From NCBI GenBank assembly GCA_963783385.1, contig CAWANJ010000006.1, positions 288,001 through 352,000 of the forward strand: 64,000 bases of DNA, in the 5' to 3' direction. The DNA comes from an uncultured Gemmatimonadales bacterium. GTDB taxonomy: Bacteria; Gemmatimonadota; Gemmatimonadetes; Palauibacterales; Palauibacteraceae. The notes beneath the pieces were generated by a model. The model ran no database searches. It was given only the letters and a program-made list of their open reading frames with translations, and was not told the origin of the DNA. Position 1 is the first letter of the stretch, and every line of letters starts with the position of its first letter. A program made the position numbers and the translations under genes. Positions 9,559 to 19,971 of this stretch are shown piece after piece.

Positions 9559-10671
9559 ATGGCCGATTCCTCTTCGCCGATTCGGAGGATCGCGATCAAT
9601 ACGGGAGGGGGCGACGCCCCGGGTCTCAACGCCGTGATCCGGGCGGTCGTGCTTGCCGCCTTGCGGCGCGGATGGGAGGTCTACGGGATCGAGAGGGGCT
9701 ACGGCGGGCTGCTGGAGGGCGACCAGGACGGGCTGGTACGGCTGGACGACGACAGGGTCCGGGGCATCACGCACGAGGGCGGCACCATCCTGGGCACCAC
9801 GAACCGTGGCAACCCGTTCGCCTGGCCGGAGCAGGGCGAGGAGGGGGAGCAGCGCACGCACGACCGCTCGGCCGAGTTCCTGCGGGCGTTCCGCGGTCAC
9901 GGGCTGGACGCGCTCATCGCGATCGGCGGAGACGGCAGCCTCGGCATCGCCCGGGACCTGTCCGAGTGCGGCCTGCCGGTGGTCGGCGTGCCGAAGACGA
10001 TCGACAACGACCTGGCCTACACGGACCTGAGCTTCGGCTTCCTCACCGCCGTGGACACGGCGACCGACGCCCTCGACAAGCTCCACTCGACCGCCGAGAG
10101 CCACCAGCGCGTCATGGTGGTGGAGGTCATGGGGCGCCACTCGGGCTGGATCGCCCTGTACAGCGGCCTGGCCGGGACCGCCGACGTCATCCTCATCCCC
10201 GAGATCCCGTACACGATCGAGCGCGTGTGCGAGAAAATCCGGGCCCGCGAGGCCCAGGACCGGCACTTCAGCATCGTGTGCGTGGCCGAGGGAGCGCACC
10301 CGGTGGGGGGGCCGATGGTCACCAAGACCGTGCGCGCGGGGCGGGAGGAGCAGGTCCGGCTGGGCGGCATCGGCGAGCGCATCGCCATCGAGGTGGCCGA
10401 CGCGACCGGGAAGGAGACCCGGGCCCTGACGCTGGGCCACCTGCAGCGCGGCGGCTCTCCCAACGCCTACGACCGCCTGCTGTCGCTGCGGTTCGGGACC
10501 GCGGCCGTGGATTGCGTGGCCGCGGGGCAATTCGGATGCGCGGTGGGCCTCGTCAGGGACCACGTGAAGCCGGTCACCCTGGACGAGGCCCTGCGCGAGC
10601 GGAAGTTCGTGGACCCGGACGGCCAGCTCGTGGCCACCGCCCGGGACCTCGGGATCAGCTTCGGGGCCTAG
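9559..10671 (+). CDS. pfkA: ATP-dependent 6-phosphofructokinase
   Basis: TGGGDAPGLN, GGTILGT, GGDGS, PKTIDND, EVMGR, LGHLQRGG. Confidence 0.95.
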   Translation: MADSSSPIRRIAINTGGGDAPGLNAVIRAVVLAALRRGWEVYGIERGYGGLLEGDQDGLVRLDDDRVRGITHEGGTILGTTNRGNPFAWPEQGEEGEQRTHDRSAEFLRAFRGHGLDALIAIGGDGSLGIARDLSECGLPVVGVPKTIDNDLAYTDLSFGFLTAVDTATDALDKLHSTAESHQRVMVVEVMGRHSGWIALYSGLAGTADVILIPEIPYTIERVCEKIRAREAQDRHFSIVCVAEGAHPVGGPMVTKTVRAGREEQVRLGGIGERIAIEVADATGKETRALTLGHLQRGGSPNAYDRLLSLRFGTAAVDCVAAGQFGCAVGLVRDHVKPVTLDEALRERKFVDPDGQLVATARDLGISFGA

Positions 10672-10704
10672 ACCGGGGCGTCCGGCCCGGGTCCCGGGGA
10701 GTCG

Positions 10705-11319
10705 CTAGCGGGACTCCTCGAAGTTCTTCGCGACCTGCGCCCAGTCGACCACGTTCCACCAGTTGGAGATGTAGTCGCCGCGGCGGTTCTGGTAGTGCAG
10801 GTAGTAGGCGTGCTCCCACACGTCCAGCCCCAGGATGGGTATGTGACCCTGCATGTACGGGCTGTCCTGGTTGGCGGTCGAGTACACGTGCAGGTTGCCG
10901 CCCCCGTCCAGCACCAGCCAGCCCCAGCCGCTCCCGAACCGGCCGGACGCGGTGTTCGAGAAGGTCTCCTTGAACTGGGCGAAGGAGCCGAAGGTGTCAG
11001 CGATGGCGGCGGCCAGGTCGTCGTCGGGCTCGCCGCCCCCGTCGGGTGACATGACCGTCCAGAACAGCGAGTGGTTGGCGTACCCGCCCCCGTTGTTGCG
11101 CACGGCCGTCCGGATGTCCTCCGGAACGCCGTCGATGCCGCGCAGGATCTCCTCGATCGACTTCGACTCGAGGGCCCCGTGCCCCTCGAGGGCCGCGTTC
11201 AGCTTGTTCGTGTAGCCCGCGTGATGCTTGTCGTGGTGGATCTCCATGGTGCGGGCGTCGATGTACGGCTCGAGCGCGTCGAAGTCGTAGGGAAGGTCGG
11301 GAAGGGTGAAGCCTGCCAT
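10705..11319 (-). CDS. sodA: Fe/Mn superoxide dismutase, Mn-type signature
   Basis: [30 protein letters not shown]. Confidence 0.95.
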   Translation of the reverse strand: MAGFTLPDLPYDFDALEPYIDARTMEIHHDKHHAGYTNKLNAALEGHGALESKSIEEILRGIDGVPEDIRTAVRNNGGGYANHSLFWTVMSPDGGGEPDDDLAAAIADTFGSFAQFKETFSNTASGRFGSGWGWLVLDGGGNLHVYSTANQDSPYMQGHIPILGLDVWEHAYYLHYQNRRGDYISNWWNVVDWAQVAKNFEESR

Positions 11320-11399
11320 GATCGCCTCCTTCTGGGGGATGGGCGGCCCGGGTGGGGGGGCCGGCGGCGGACGACCGCCGACGTCGCGGTCCTGACCCA

Positions 11400-11583
11400 G
11401 GGTCGCTGTATGGGACGCGGGTAGGCAGGGACGCAGCTTTCGGACCAGCGGCCGGGCCGGTGGGCGGCGTGATCGACACCACCGCTCGGGAGCCCGCGGG
11501 CAGCTCCCCCGGCGTCTTGCACGATGCCTCGACGTGTGCAGGAATTGCAGGCCCGCAGGGACTCCTTGGGCCTGTAGCGACCC
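11400..11583 (+). ncRNA. Candidate structured non-coding RNA (184 nt, rod with internal bubble; unassigned)
   Basis: Nested complementary segments with many G-U pairs on the + strand in a 430-bp intergenic region; terminal GGGTCGCT/AGCGACCC stem. Confidence 0.3.
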
Positions 11584-11748
11584 ATCTAACCATCTGCGTT
11601 ACGGCATCTTATGGCCACAGACTGTGCCCGGTGCGCGTCTTGCCGATGGGCACCGGTGCCGCCACCCGCACGGGGGCGTGCACACCGCGCATCCCCGCGC
11701 GGGAAATTCGGGAAATGCGGACGCACCACCCTGGCAGGAGATGACCCC

Positions 11749-12882
11749 GTGAACGATCCACGTTCGTTCCTCCGCCGCTGCACCGCCCTCGCGGCCGCGC
11801 TGGCGCTGTCGGCCTGCAGCAAGTCGGCCACGGGGCCGGGCGGCGCGCCGGCGTTCGACGCGCAGGCCACGGCCCAGAAGGCCGGCACCGTGACGTCCAC
11901 GTCCGGGTCCGATCCGAACCTGGCCCCCTCCCTCGCGCTCGTATCCGGGGCGATCTCGGGGGGCTCGGGCCTGCCGTCGGTCGCCGGGTTCTTCCTCGGC
12001 GACGGGCTGCGGCCCACCCTGGACCTCGGCCAGGTGCGCGCCATGACGCGCGAGCTGGGCGGCGTGGGCGGTTCCAGCGAGGTGCCCGCCCCGCGGCTCA
12101 GCCTCCTGCTGCCCGACAGCCTCATGGGCTCCACCCTCGCGTGGAACCCGTCGACCGGCGGCTACGAGGTGGACGCGAGCCGGACCGGCGCCCCCTCGAA
12201 CGGGATCCGCTTCGTCTACTACGCAGTCGATCCGGTGACGAAGAAGCCGGCGCTGCCCCTGAACGAGCTCGGATACATCGAGCTCACGGACCAGAGCGCT
12301 AGCACGAGCGGACTCCTGCTCGGCGTGAAGGTCGTTAACACGTCCGGCTCCTCGGACGTCACGCTGGCGGACTACACGGTGGAAGGCTCGGTCGTCCTCT
12401 CCGGGGATACCCAGCTCTCCGCGAGCGCCGGGGGATACATCACCGACGGAACGAACCGGCTCGACTTCACCCTGTCGCAGCAGGTCTCGATTCCGGCGGG
12501 ATCCTCGGCGGTCACGGGCACCACGCACTACGAGCTCGCTTCGGGCGGCATCACGCTGACTCTCGACGGTGACGGCAGCTTCGATCTCTCGACCGGTCAG
12601 GCCACTTCCGAGTCCCTGAAGCTCACCGTGACGGATGGCTCCGACACGGCCGTGGTGGACGTGACGGTGGCCGGTGACGGGACGCTGGACGGCAAGGTCG
12701 AGTACCAGGGCTCCACCGTGATCCTCATCGGCGGCACGGTGAGCCAGCCGACCTTCACGAAGCCGGACGGATCGGCGCTCACCGACCAGGACCGCCAGGC
12801 CCTCAAGAGCCTGGTGGACGCGATCCAGTCGATCGTGGACTTCGCCGGCTCGATCCTGGGAGTGTTCGGAGGCGGGGCTTAG
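11749..12882 (+). CDS. Hypothetical lipoprotein, S/T/G-rich and beta-rich
   Basis: GGAG RBS then GTG; signal peptide with lipobox LSAC. Confidence 0.8.
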   Translation: MNDPRSFLRRCTALAAALALSACSKSATGPGGAPAFDAQATAQKAGTVTSTSGSDPNLAPSLALVSGAISGGSGLPSVAGFFLGDGLRPTLDLGQVRAMTRELGGVGGSSEVPAPRLSLLLPDSLMGSTLAWNPSTGGYEVDASRTGAPSNGIRFVYYAVDPVTKKPALPLNELGYIELTDQSASTSGLLLGVKVVNTSGSSDVTLADYTVEGSVVLSGDTQLSASAGGYITDGTNRLDFTLSQQVSIPAGSSAVTGTTHYELASGGITLTLDGDGSFDLSTGQATSESLKLTVTDGSDTAVVDVTVAGDGTLDGKVEYQGSTVILIGGTVSQPTFTKPDGSALTDQDRQALKSLVDAIQSIVDFAGSILGVFGGGA

Positions 12883-13721
12883 GGCAGGGGCAGGTCCAGC
12901 ACGGCCCCGGCGCCTCCGGGCACCGGGAGCAGCGCGACCACGGGGGCGCGGCGCTCCAATGCGGAGCCGCCGCGCCCCCGCCGCGCATCGAATCGCAGGA
13001 TCACCCGGGTGCTCAGGATGCCGAGCGCCGCCCCGCCCACCACGTCGGTCACCCAGTGATCGCGGCCCACGACCCGGCTGGCGGCCGTCGCCGCGGCCGC
13101 GGGCCACGCCACCCACGGCACCCAGCGCTGATCCGGGAAGTCGGCCACCGCGACGGCAGCCAGGGCGAAGGCGCGGACCGCGTGTCCCGACGGGTAGGAC
13201 TGGTTCACCTCGTGGAAGGCCAGGGGCGAGAACTCGTCGGGGTCGCTGGTCGCATACGGGCGACGCCGGCCGAGGAGGATCTTCCCGCCCAGCAGCACCG
13301 CATCGGCCGCCACCAGCGTCTCCATGGCGTCGAGCCCGGCCTTCTCGATTCGCGGGCTGCCCGCCAGCTTGCCCCCTCCCCAGGCGGCCAGCGCCAGCCC
13401 CACATCCAGGTACGGGCTTCCGGCCACGTCCCCCGCGTCCACGAACGTCCTGTCGAAGCCGGCGGGCCTGGACGGCGTGTGGGACCTAACGCTCCGCTCG
13501 AATCCCTCGAGAGGCTCGATCAGGAGAACGCCGCCGAACACGACGCCGGCGTAGGCCAGGTCGGAGGTCCGGAACAGGGAGGGACGGGCGGCGCTGTCCA
13601 ATGCGGCCGGCCCCGGCGCCTGCGCGCGGGCCGGGACGGCCGGGGAGACGAGGGCGGCCAGAGCCATCGCCGCGGCCGCCAGGACCGCCGGCCCCCGGGC
13701 GGGCCCGGCGTGGCGCCTCAC
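12879..13721 (-). CDS. PAP2 family phosphatase
   Basis: KILLGRRRP, SYPSGH, SRVVGRDHWVTDV. Confidence 0.9.
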   Translation of the reverse strand: MRRHAGPARGPAVLAAAAMALAALVSPAVPARAQAPGPAALDSAARPSLFRTSDLAYAGVVFGGVLLIEPLEGFERSVRSHTPSRPAGFDRTFVDAGDVAGSPYLDVGLALAAWGGGKLAGSPRIEKAGLDAMETLVAADAVLLGGKILLGRRRPYATSDPDEFSPLAFHEVNQSYPSGHAVRAFALAAVAVADFPDQRWVPWVAWPAAAATAASRVVGRDHWVTDVVGGAALGILSTRVILRFDARRGRGGSALERRAPVVALLPVPGGAGAVLDLPLP

Positions 13722-13725
13722 CGGG

Positions 13726-14712
13726 TCACGCGGCGATCTCGCCGAGGGCCTGGCGGACCAGCACCGGGAGCATGGCCCGCCGCCATTCCTTGTCCACCAC
13801 GATGTTCTCGAGCGGGTGGCACTGCCGGTAGGCCTGCTCTGCCACCGCGTCGATGACGGACGGGGTGAGGCGGTTCCCGATGGCGGCGTCCTGGACGCGC
13901 CCGATGAGGCGCGGATAGGAGTTCATGGCCGAAGCGACCATGCGCAGCTCACGGATCACGCCTCCCTCATCCAGCGTGACCGCCACGGCCAGGTTGAGAA
14001 TGGGGAAGTCGATGGCCTGGCGCTGACGGAGTTTCTGGAACGACGTCCGCGTCCCGGCGGCGGGGCGTGGGAGGGAGATCGCCGTGACCAGCTCGCCCGG
14101 CTCCATGCGCCGATTCCACACCCCGTCCGAGGTGAAGAAGTCCTCCACCGGGACGGTGCGCCGGCCTTCGGGGCCCGCGACCTCGGCCGAGGCGCCCAGC
14201 ACCATGAGCATGGGGGGCGTGTCCGCCGAGTGGGCCGCCACGCAGCGGGTGCCGCCCGGCACCACATGGCAGGTGTCGCCCTCCTTCTTGAGACAGAAGC
14301 CGAGCGCCTTGCGCCAGAAAAAGCTCTGGTTGTAGTAGGTGCAGCGCGTGTCCAGGCACAGGTTTCCGCCGATCGTGCCCATGCGCCGGAGCTGGGGGCC
14401 CGAGATCTCGCCGCAGGCTCGTGCCAGCGCGGGGTAGCGCTCCCCCACCACGGGATCGGACGCGAGCGCATCCAGCGTCTCGCACGCACCGATCCGGAGT
14501 TCCCCGTCCCGCATCGCCGCGATGCCGTGCAGTTCCTCGACGCCCTTGAGGGCGACCAGGTGACCCGGCGTGAACAGCTTGTGCTTCATGTTGGGGACGA
14601 GATCGGTGCCGCCCGCGATGGGCATGACATCGCCGGCGTGCTCGGCGAGCAGCGCGAGCGCCTCGCTCACCGTCGAGGGGCGATGGTAGGTGTACGGGTG
14701 AAGTCGAAGCAT
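13726..14712 (-). CDS. Xanthine dehydrogenase family FAD subunit with Fe-S insertion (4-hydroxybenzoyl-CoA reductase beta / HcrB-like)
   Basis: AGGTDL, GTIGGNL, and the Cys-rich insert CLDTRCTYYNQSFFWRKALGFCLKKEGDTCHV..RC; start at MLRLHP. Confidence 0.9.
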   Translation of the reverse strand: MLRLHPYTYHRPSTVSEALALLAEHAGDVMPIAGGTDLVPNMKHKLFTPGHLVALKGVEELHGIAAMRDGELRIGACETLDALASDPVVGERYPALARACGEISGPQLRRMGTIGGNLCLDTRCTYYNQSFFWRKALGFCLKKEGDTCHVVPGGTRCVAAHSADTPPMLMVLGASAEVAGPEGRRTVPVEDFFTSDGVWNRRMEPGELVTAISLPRPAAGTRTSFQKLRQRQAIDFPILNLAVAVTLDEGGVIRELRMVASAMNSYPRLIGRVQDAAIGNRLTPSVIDAVAEQAYRQCHPLENIVVDKEWRRAMLPVLVRQALGEIAA

Positions 14713-14819
14713 GGTCGTGCCGAATGTAAGCGGACACCGCGGGGCGGACCAACCCGGCGACGCCGGCCGAGGCCCCCACGTCCGCTTCCCGCCGGGTGGT
14801 TCCGGGGAGCGACCCGGCC

Positions 14820-15935
14820 TCAGCCCGCTCCCAGCGCCTCCAGGCGCGCCGAGACCAGCTCGAGGGCGGCCTCCAGGGGGCCGCGCTCGATGCCGAAGCC
14901 GACGCGCAGATAGCCGTCCAGACCGAACTGGTCCCCGGGCACGACCAGCACCCCGTCCTCCACACGCAGACGCTCGACCAGCTCCGACGAGCCCACGTCG
15001 GCCGAGTAGCCCACGAAGCCAATGGCGCCGGCGTCGGGCGGCCGCCAACTGAGACGTCCCTGCGAGCCGCCCACCCACGCCTCCATCACGTCCAGGTTGG
15101 CCCGCACGATGCGACGCGTCCGCTCGAGAATGACGGCGAGCGCCCCTGGCTCCAGGGCGGCGGCGGCGAGGTGGTCGGAGAGAGCGGACGGACCGATGGT
15201 CGTGTAGTCCTTGTAGCCCCACAGCCTCTCGATCTCGGCCTCGGGGCCCACCAGCCACCCGATCCGGAGGCCGGGCAGGCCGTAGGCCTTGGACAGGGAA
15301 CCGGTCACCAGGACCCGATCGTATCGGCCCCACAGGCTCGGGGTACGCTCCCCCTCGACCTCCGCGCCCGCGTACACCTCGTCGGACAGGATCCACGCCC
15401 CCGCGTCCTCGGCGGCGCCGACGATCTCCTCGATCGCCTCGTCGGCCAGGACGGCGCCCGTGGGATTGTTGGGGTTGGTGACCACCACGAGGGCCGCCTC
15501 CCGGCCAACGGAGGCCTCGGCCGCGCCCGGCTCCGGCTGCCATCCGCGCGCTTCCATGAGGGGGATGCTCCGCACTTCGCCGCCGAAAGCCGCGGCCAGC
15601 CCCGGCGTCTGGCCATAGGTGGGAACCACGATCGCCACGCGATCCCCGGGCTGCACGTGGGCCCACACCGCCAGGAAGTTGGCCTCGGCGCCTCCCGTGG
15701 TCACGAGGACGTTGTCCGGCCCCGCGCCCGGGTACAGGGCGGCGATCCGCTCACGGAGCCGCCGCGTGCCGTTCGTCTGCGTGTAGCCGAGTCGCACCGG
15801 GCCGGGATCGGCCCCCGTGATCCCCGACAGCTCGGCCACCGACAGGGGGTGCACGCCGCTCTCGGAGAGGTTGAGCCGTACCGCGTGCTCGTGGAGCGAC
15901 TGCCACCGCTCCATCTCGAAGGACGTCACCTTCAT
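14820..15935 (-). CDS. Class I/II PLP aminotransferase
   Basis: NPNNPTG, SDEVY, GSLSKAYGLPGLRIGW; start at MKVTSFEMERW. Confidence 0.92.
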   Translation of the reverse strand: MKVTSFEMERWQSLHEHAVRLNLSESGVHPLSVAELSGITGADPGPVRLGYTQTNGTRRLRERIAALYPGAGPDNVLVTTGGAEANFLAVWAHVQPGDRVAIVVPTYGQTPGLAAAFGGEVRSIPLMEARGWQPEPGAAEASVGREAALVVVTNPNNPTGAVLADEAIEEIVGAAEDAGAWILSDEVYAGAEVEGERTPSLWGRYDRVLVTGSLSKAYGLPGLRIGWLVGPEAEIERLWGYKDYTTIGPSALSDHLAAAALEPGALAVILERTRRIVRANLDVMEAWVGGSQGRLSWRPPDAGAIGFVGYSADVGSSELVERLRVEDGVLVVPGDQFGLDGYLRVGFGIERGPLEAALELVSARLEALGAG

Positions 15936-16033
15936 GGGCCGCTCCCACGTGCCGGGGGAAGAAGAGATCGCTCGCCGCTCCATGTGACGGCCCGCCAGCG
16001 CCGCTCGTCAAGCGCACCGGCCAGCCGGAGGCG

Positions 16034-16990
16034 TCAGCCCCCGCCGGCCGCGTCCGACCCCCACCCCTCCGCCTCCACCCTCCCGAGCGGGCGCTCCACG
16101 CCGGTCGGCCGATACGCCATCCGGGTGGTGAGATCGAAGCGGTCCCCGGCACGCAGGAAGTAGAAGCGGCCACCCGAGTCGAGCCGGTGCGTGGGATCGT
16201 AGATGGCCACGTAGCTCGGACCGATCACACGGAACCCGCCGCCGTGGACCACGATGGCCGTGTTCTCGTCCAGCCCGATGCCGAGCAGCTCCGGGTGTTT
16301 CTCGATGACCGGGATGAGGTCGAACTCGCGGTTCCGGACGAGCACGTGCTGGTCGATGGCCACGCCGGGCAGCAGGCCGAAACCCCGCTGGTGGTCTCCC
16401 ATCATGATCGTGTTGGTCTTGGTGTCGCCCCGAACCAGGAAGGAGCCCTGGATCGTGGCGCCGGCCGAGGAGCCGCCCACCACCCCGCCGCGCGCCAGCA
16501 CCGAGTCGATCGCCGCCTCCGTCTTCGTGCCCAGGTAGGCGTCGGCGAGCCGCCACTGCCGCCCGCCGAAGAACCACACCCCCCGGGCGCGCCGCAGCGG
16601 CGCCACGAAGGCATCCGAGTTGGCCACGCTCCGGTCGCGCGTGTGGAGGATCGTCATGTTCTCGGCGCCCGCATCGCGGAACTTCTGCAGGCCCGGGAAG
16701 GAGAGGTCGAAGCGGTCTCCCTCCGACGCCGTGGGGATCATGACGATGGGAGCGTCGGGACCGCCCGCCAGCTCCAGGAACCGGCGGATGATGGCGGGAT
16801 CGTGGAGGTTACCGCCCACGATCACCAGCCAGCCCCGTGCCGGGCCCCCCGGATAGGCCGCGCTGTCGCGGACCGGGGCCCGGTGATCCAGTCCGGCGCC
16901 ATGGGTGGCCGCGGCCGGAGCGCCGCCCGGGACCGGGGTCCCGAGCAGGAGGAGGGGAGTGACGAGCAGCGTGCCGAGTCGGGGTCGCAT
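16034..16990 (-). CDS. Cyanophycinase (peptidase S51) with N-terminal signal peptide
   Basis: LVIVGG, IPTAS, FFGGRQ, nucleophile GGSSAGA, IDQH..R.R, GIGLDENTA. Confidence 0.88.
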   Translation of the reverse strand: MRPRLGTLLVTPLLLLGTPVPGGAPAAATHGAGLDHRAPVRDSAAYPGGPARGWLVIVGGNLHDPAIIRRFLELAGGPDAPIVMIPTASEGDRFDLSFPGLQKFRDAGAENMTILHTRDRSVANSDAFVAPLRRARGVWFFGGRQWRLADAYLGTKTEAAIDSVLARGGVVGGSSAGATIQGSFLVRGDTKTNTIMMGDHQRGFGLLPGVAIDQHVLVRNREFDLIPVIEKHPELLGIGLDENTAIVVHGGGFRVIGPSYVAIYDPTHRLDSGGRFYFLRAGDRFDLTTRMAYRPTGVERPLGRVEAEGWGSDAAGGG

Positions 16991-17205
16991 CCGTACCTCC
17001 GGTGAAGCGGATTCGCCGCCGGCCGCCGCCCGGTCGACGGCGGCGCGGCGACCGCCAACATGCGCCGGCCGCGGCGGACCCGGCAACGCGGGACGGGTGG
17101 GCTCGACCAGCGGAGGAGCCGGCCGGCCCCTGGACTGGCCGGAAGGAGGCGGTGGCCCTACGGTGGGAGCCGAGCCCGCGTCGAGCCTCCACCGGAGCCA
17201 CTGCC

Positions 17206-18652
17206 ATGCGAGAAGCCCGGCCACCTTCGCTCCCTCCCGCCCCGCCCTCCGTCGCCACATCGCTCGGAGCCCTTCTGCTCGCCGCGGCGGCGCTCGCCGG
17301 GGCGCTCGTCCCGGCCGGGTCGGCGCGCGCCCAGGACCCGCCCGTGGTGATCCGGGGCGGCTGGCTGTTCGACGGGACCGGGCACGCCCGCGTCCGCAAC
17401 CACGGGATCGTGGTGCGGGACGGCAGCTTCCTGGTCGTGGACGACAGCGCCCCCGACCTCGACCTGTCCGGGGCCCGGGTCGTGACGCTCTCCGACGACG
17501 AGACCATCCTGCCTGGCTTCTTCGACCTGCACGCCCACTACAACGTCCAGCTCATGGGCCGGAAGCGCACCGAGGAGTTCCTGGTCGAGCCCACCGTGTA
17601 CCTGGCCAACGGCGTGACCTCCACCTTCCCGGCCGGAGAGTACGACCCGGTCGGCATGATGCGCCTGCGCGAGCGCATCGACCGCGGCGAGCAGGCCGGC
17701 CCGCGCATCTACGACTCGGGTCCCTACTTCGGCTATGCCCGCCCGGGCTGGGACCCGAAGGCGATCGACCGGGACTCCCTCGACGCCGAGGTCGACTACT
17801 GGGCCGAGCACGGCGCCCGGGGGTTCAAGGCCAAGATCATCGACGCCGAGCACCTGCGGTGGCTCATCGAGCGCGCCCACCTGCACGGACTCACGGTGAC
17901 CGGCCACCTGGGCTCGGGCTACCACGATGTCGTGAACCCCCGGGACGCCGTGCTCATGGGCATCGACCGCGTCGAGCACTTCATCGGCGGGGACGCCTTC
18001 CCGGCGAGCCGCAGCGCCTACGCGTCCCTGGCCGGCATGACGCCGGATACCCCGGGCTACATGAAGGAGGTGGCGCTGTTCCGCCGCTACGGCGTGACCT
18101 TCGACGCCACCGTCACCGCCTATGGCTACTTCGCCCCCCACCGGGACTCGCTGTTCGACTACTGGACCGACGAGCGCCGCTTCTTCACGCCGGAGGTCCA
18201 GGCCTGGGTGAAGGCCCACCCGCGGCCCGGGATCCCCGCGTTCGACAGCATCTACCACGCGAAGTGCGCGTTGCTGGCGGCCTACTACCACGGCGGGGGC
18301 CGGCTCGGGGTCGGCACCGACCACCCGAGCTCGGGCGAGTTCCTGCCCGGCTTCGGCTACCACCGGGAGCTCGAGGCCTACGTGCGCTGCGGCGTGCCTC
18401 CCGCCGCTACCCTGCGGGCGGCGACCTTCGGCGGCGCGCGAGGCATGAACGTCTCGGACAAGCTCGGCACGATCGAGCCCGGGAAGTGGGCCGACCTGGT
18501 GGTCGTGGACGGGCAACCCGCTCGAGGACATCCGGACCACCCGCGACGTGCGGCTGGTCATGAAGGCGGGCCGGATCTACGACCCGAAGAAGCTCCTGGC
18601 GAGCGTGGTCGGGAAGCTCGGCCCTCCGGCGGGGAGCGGCGGCGGGCGGTAG
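17206..18652 (+). CDS. Secreted metal-dependent amidohydrolase, frameshifted at ~18512
   Basis: Signal peptide ARA-Q, PGFFDLHAH, GTDH, GTIEPGKWADLVVV; after removing one G it continues GNPLEDIRTTRDVRLVMKAGRIYDP to TAG at 18652. Confidence 0.88.
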
Positions 18653-18843
18653 AGCCAAGGCCGCGGCTCGGGTCCCATCGACATCCCGGGGGCGACCGCT
18701 TCGTGGCGGCCGCCCCCCTGCTTTTTCGCTCTTCCCTGTCGAGAGGGTCCGGGACGGGACCCGGCGGTGAATCGCGGCATCCGTGCAGCCCGCCGAGTCC
18801 CCGCCGATCCCGGGCCGACAGGCCACGAGCCAGGGAGGGAGCC

Positions 18844-19239
18844 ATGCCGCACTCCGATCGAGATCCGGAACAGCCCCGGCGAGAGAACGCGCCGGCGGCG
18901 GAGGACGCGTCCGCACCCGGCGGCGTCTCCAGGCGGGAGAGCCTCAAGCTCGCCTCCGCCCTCCTCGCCCTCGGCCCCGGGCTCGGCCTCGCGCTGCCCG
19001 AGACGCTGGGGGCGAGCGAGGCCGGTGGGAAGGCACGACTGGCCTGGTACACCACCGAGGACGGCAAGGAGTTCAAGGAGCTGGCCGTGCAGGCCGTGCC
19101 CGAGGAGGTGGCCCGGATCGCGGCCTCGCGCGGGGGGCCCCGGTTCGAGGTGGACTGGACCCTGGACCGGGACGGGGAGAAGCGTCCCGTGTACTCGCAG
19201 GGGATGCCGGCGGTCATGCTGAAGGTCGAGTGGGACTAG
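18844..19239 (+). CDS. Hypothetical Tat-exported protein
   Basis: GGAGG RBS; SRRESLK twin-arginine motif followed by a hydrophobic stretch. Confidence 0.65.
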   Translation: MPHSDRDPEQPRRENAPAAEDASAPGGVSRRESLKLASALLALGPGLGLALPETLGASEAGGKARLAWYTTEDGKEFKELAVQAVPEEVARIAASRGGPRFEVDWTLDRDGEKRPVYSQGMPAVMLKVEWD

Positions 19240-19961
19240 GGGGCGCCGTTTTCCGTTCCGGGCCGGGGCCCGGCCCGGACCCGGACGGCCTCCTCCTGCG
19301 CACGGCGGACAGCCCGTTCAGCTACGCCTGCCGCGCGTGCAGCCGCTGCTGCCACGGCCGCCGGATCCCCGTGAACCCCTACGAGATCCTGCGGCTCGCC
19401 GCCAACCGGGGGCTCGGCACGGGCGAGCTGCTCGACCGCTTCGTGACCGAAGACGGCACGGCGCTCCTGCACGGGGAAGGGGGCGCCTGCCTGTTCCTGG
19501 ACGAGGGCGGCTGCTCGGTCCACCCCGACCGTCCGCTCGCCTGCCGCCTGTATCCGCTCGGCGCCGTGACCCTCGGCGCCGGCCTGACGGCGTTCGTCGA
19601 GCTCGAGCCGCATCCCGACACGGAGGGCGAGTACGGGGAGGAAGGGACGGTGGGCGGCTACCTGGACGCGCAGGGGGCGGGGCCATACCTGAAAGCCGCC
19701 GCCCGATACCGGGGCCTGCTGGCGAGGGCCGTGGAGCGACTCGGGGCCGAGAGCCCCGCGGCCGGCGGCGGACCCGGCGCGGGTCGCGGCCCGGAGGACC
19801 GCCGCGCCTGGCTGGACGTGGACGCCACCGTCGAGGGCTACGCCGAGGAGGCGGGCCTCACCGTCCCGTCCGACCCGGAGGAGAAGACCCGCCTCCACCT
19901 GCTCGCCCTGGCCCGGGCTCTCGGAATCGGAGACGAGCCCGCGGCGCGACCCGGGGCCTGA
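19230..19961 (+). CDS. YkgJ family cysteine-cluster (Fe-S/Zn) protein
   Basis: CRACSRCC...CLFLDEGGCSVHPDRPLACRLYP; start codon uncertain. Confidence 0.85.
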   Translation: MGLGGAVFRSGPGPGPDPDGLLLRTADSPFSYACRACSRCCHGRRIPVNPYEILRLAANRGLGTGELLDRFVTEDGTALLHGEGGACLFLDEGGCSVHPDRPLACRLYPLGAVTLGAGLTAFVELEPHPDTEGEYGEEGTVGGYLDAQGAGPYLKAAARYRGLLARAVERLGAESPAAGGGPGAGRGPEDRRAWLDVDATVEGYAEEAGLTVPSDPEEKTRLHLLALARALGIGDEPAARPGA

Positions 19962-19971
19962 TGGACGGCCG

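Noticed and set aside
11495-11521. yybP-ykoY (Mn) riboswitch-like words GGGGAGCTGC and GCAAGAC on the minus strand upstream of sodA
   Set aside because: The two elements are in the wrong order and adjacent, and the G-U pairing favours the opposite strand.
11628-11665. GG-N10-GC sigma-54-like matches upstream of the lipoprotein gene
   Set aside because: Poor fit to TGGCAC-N5-TTGC and expected by chance at this GC content.
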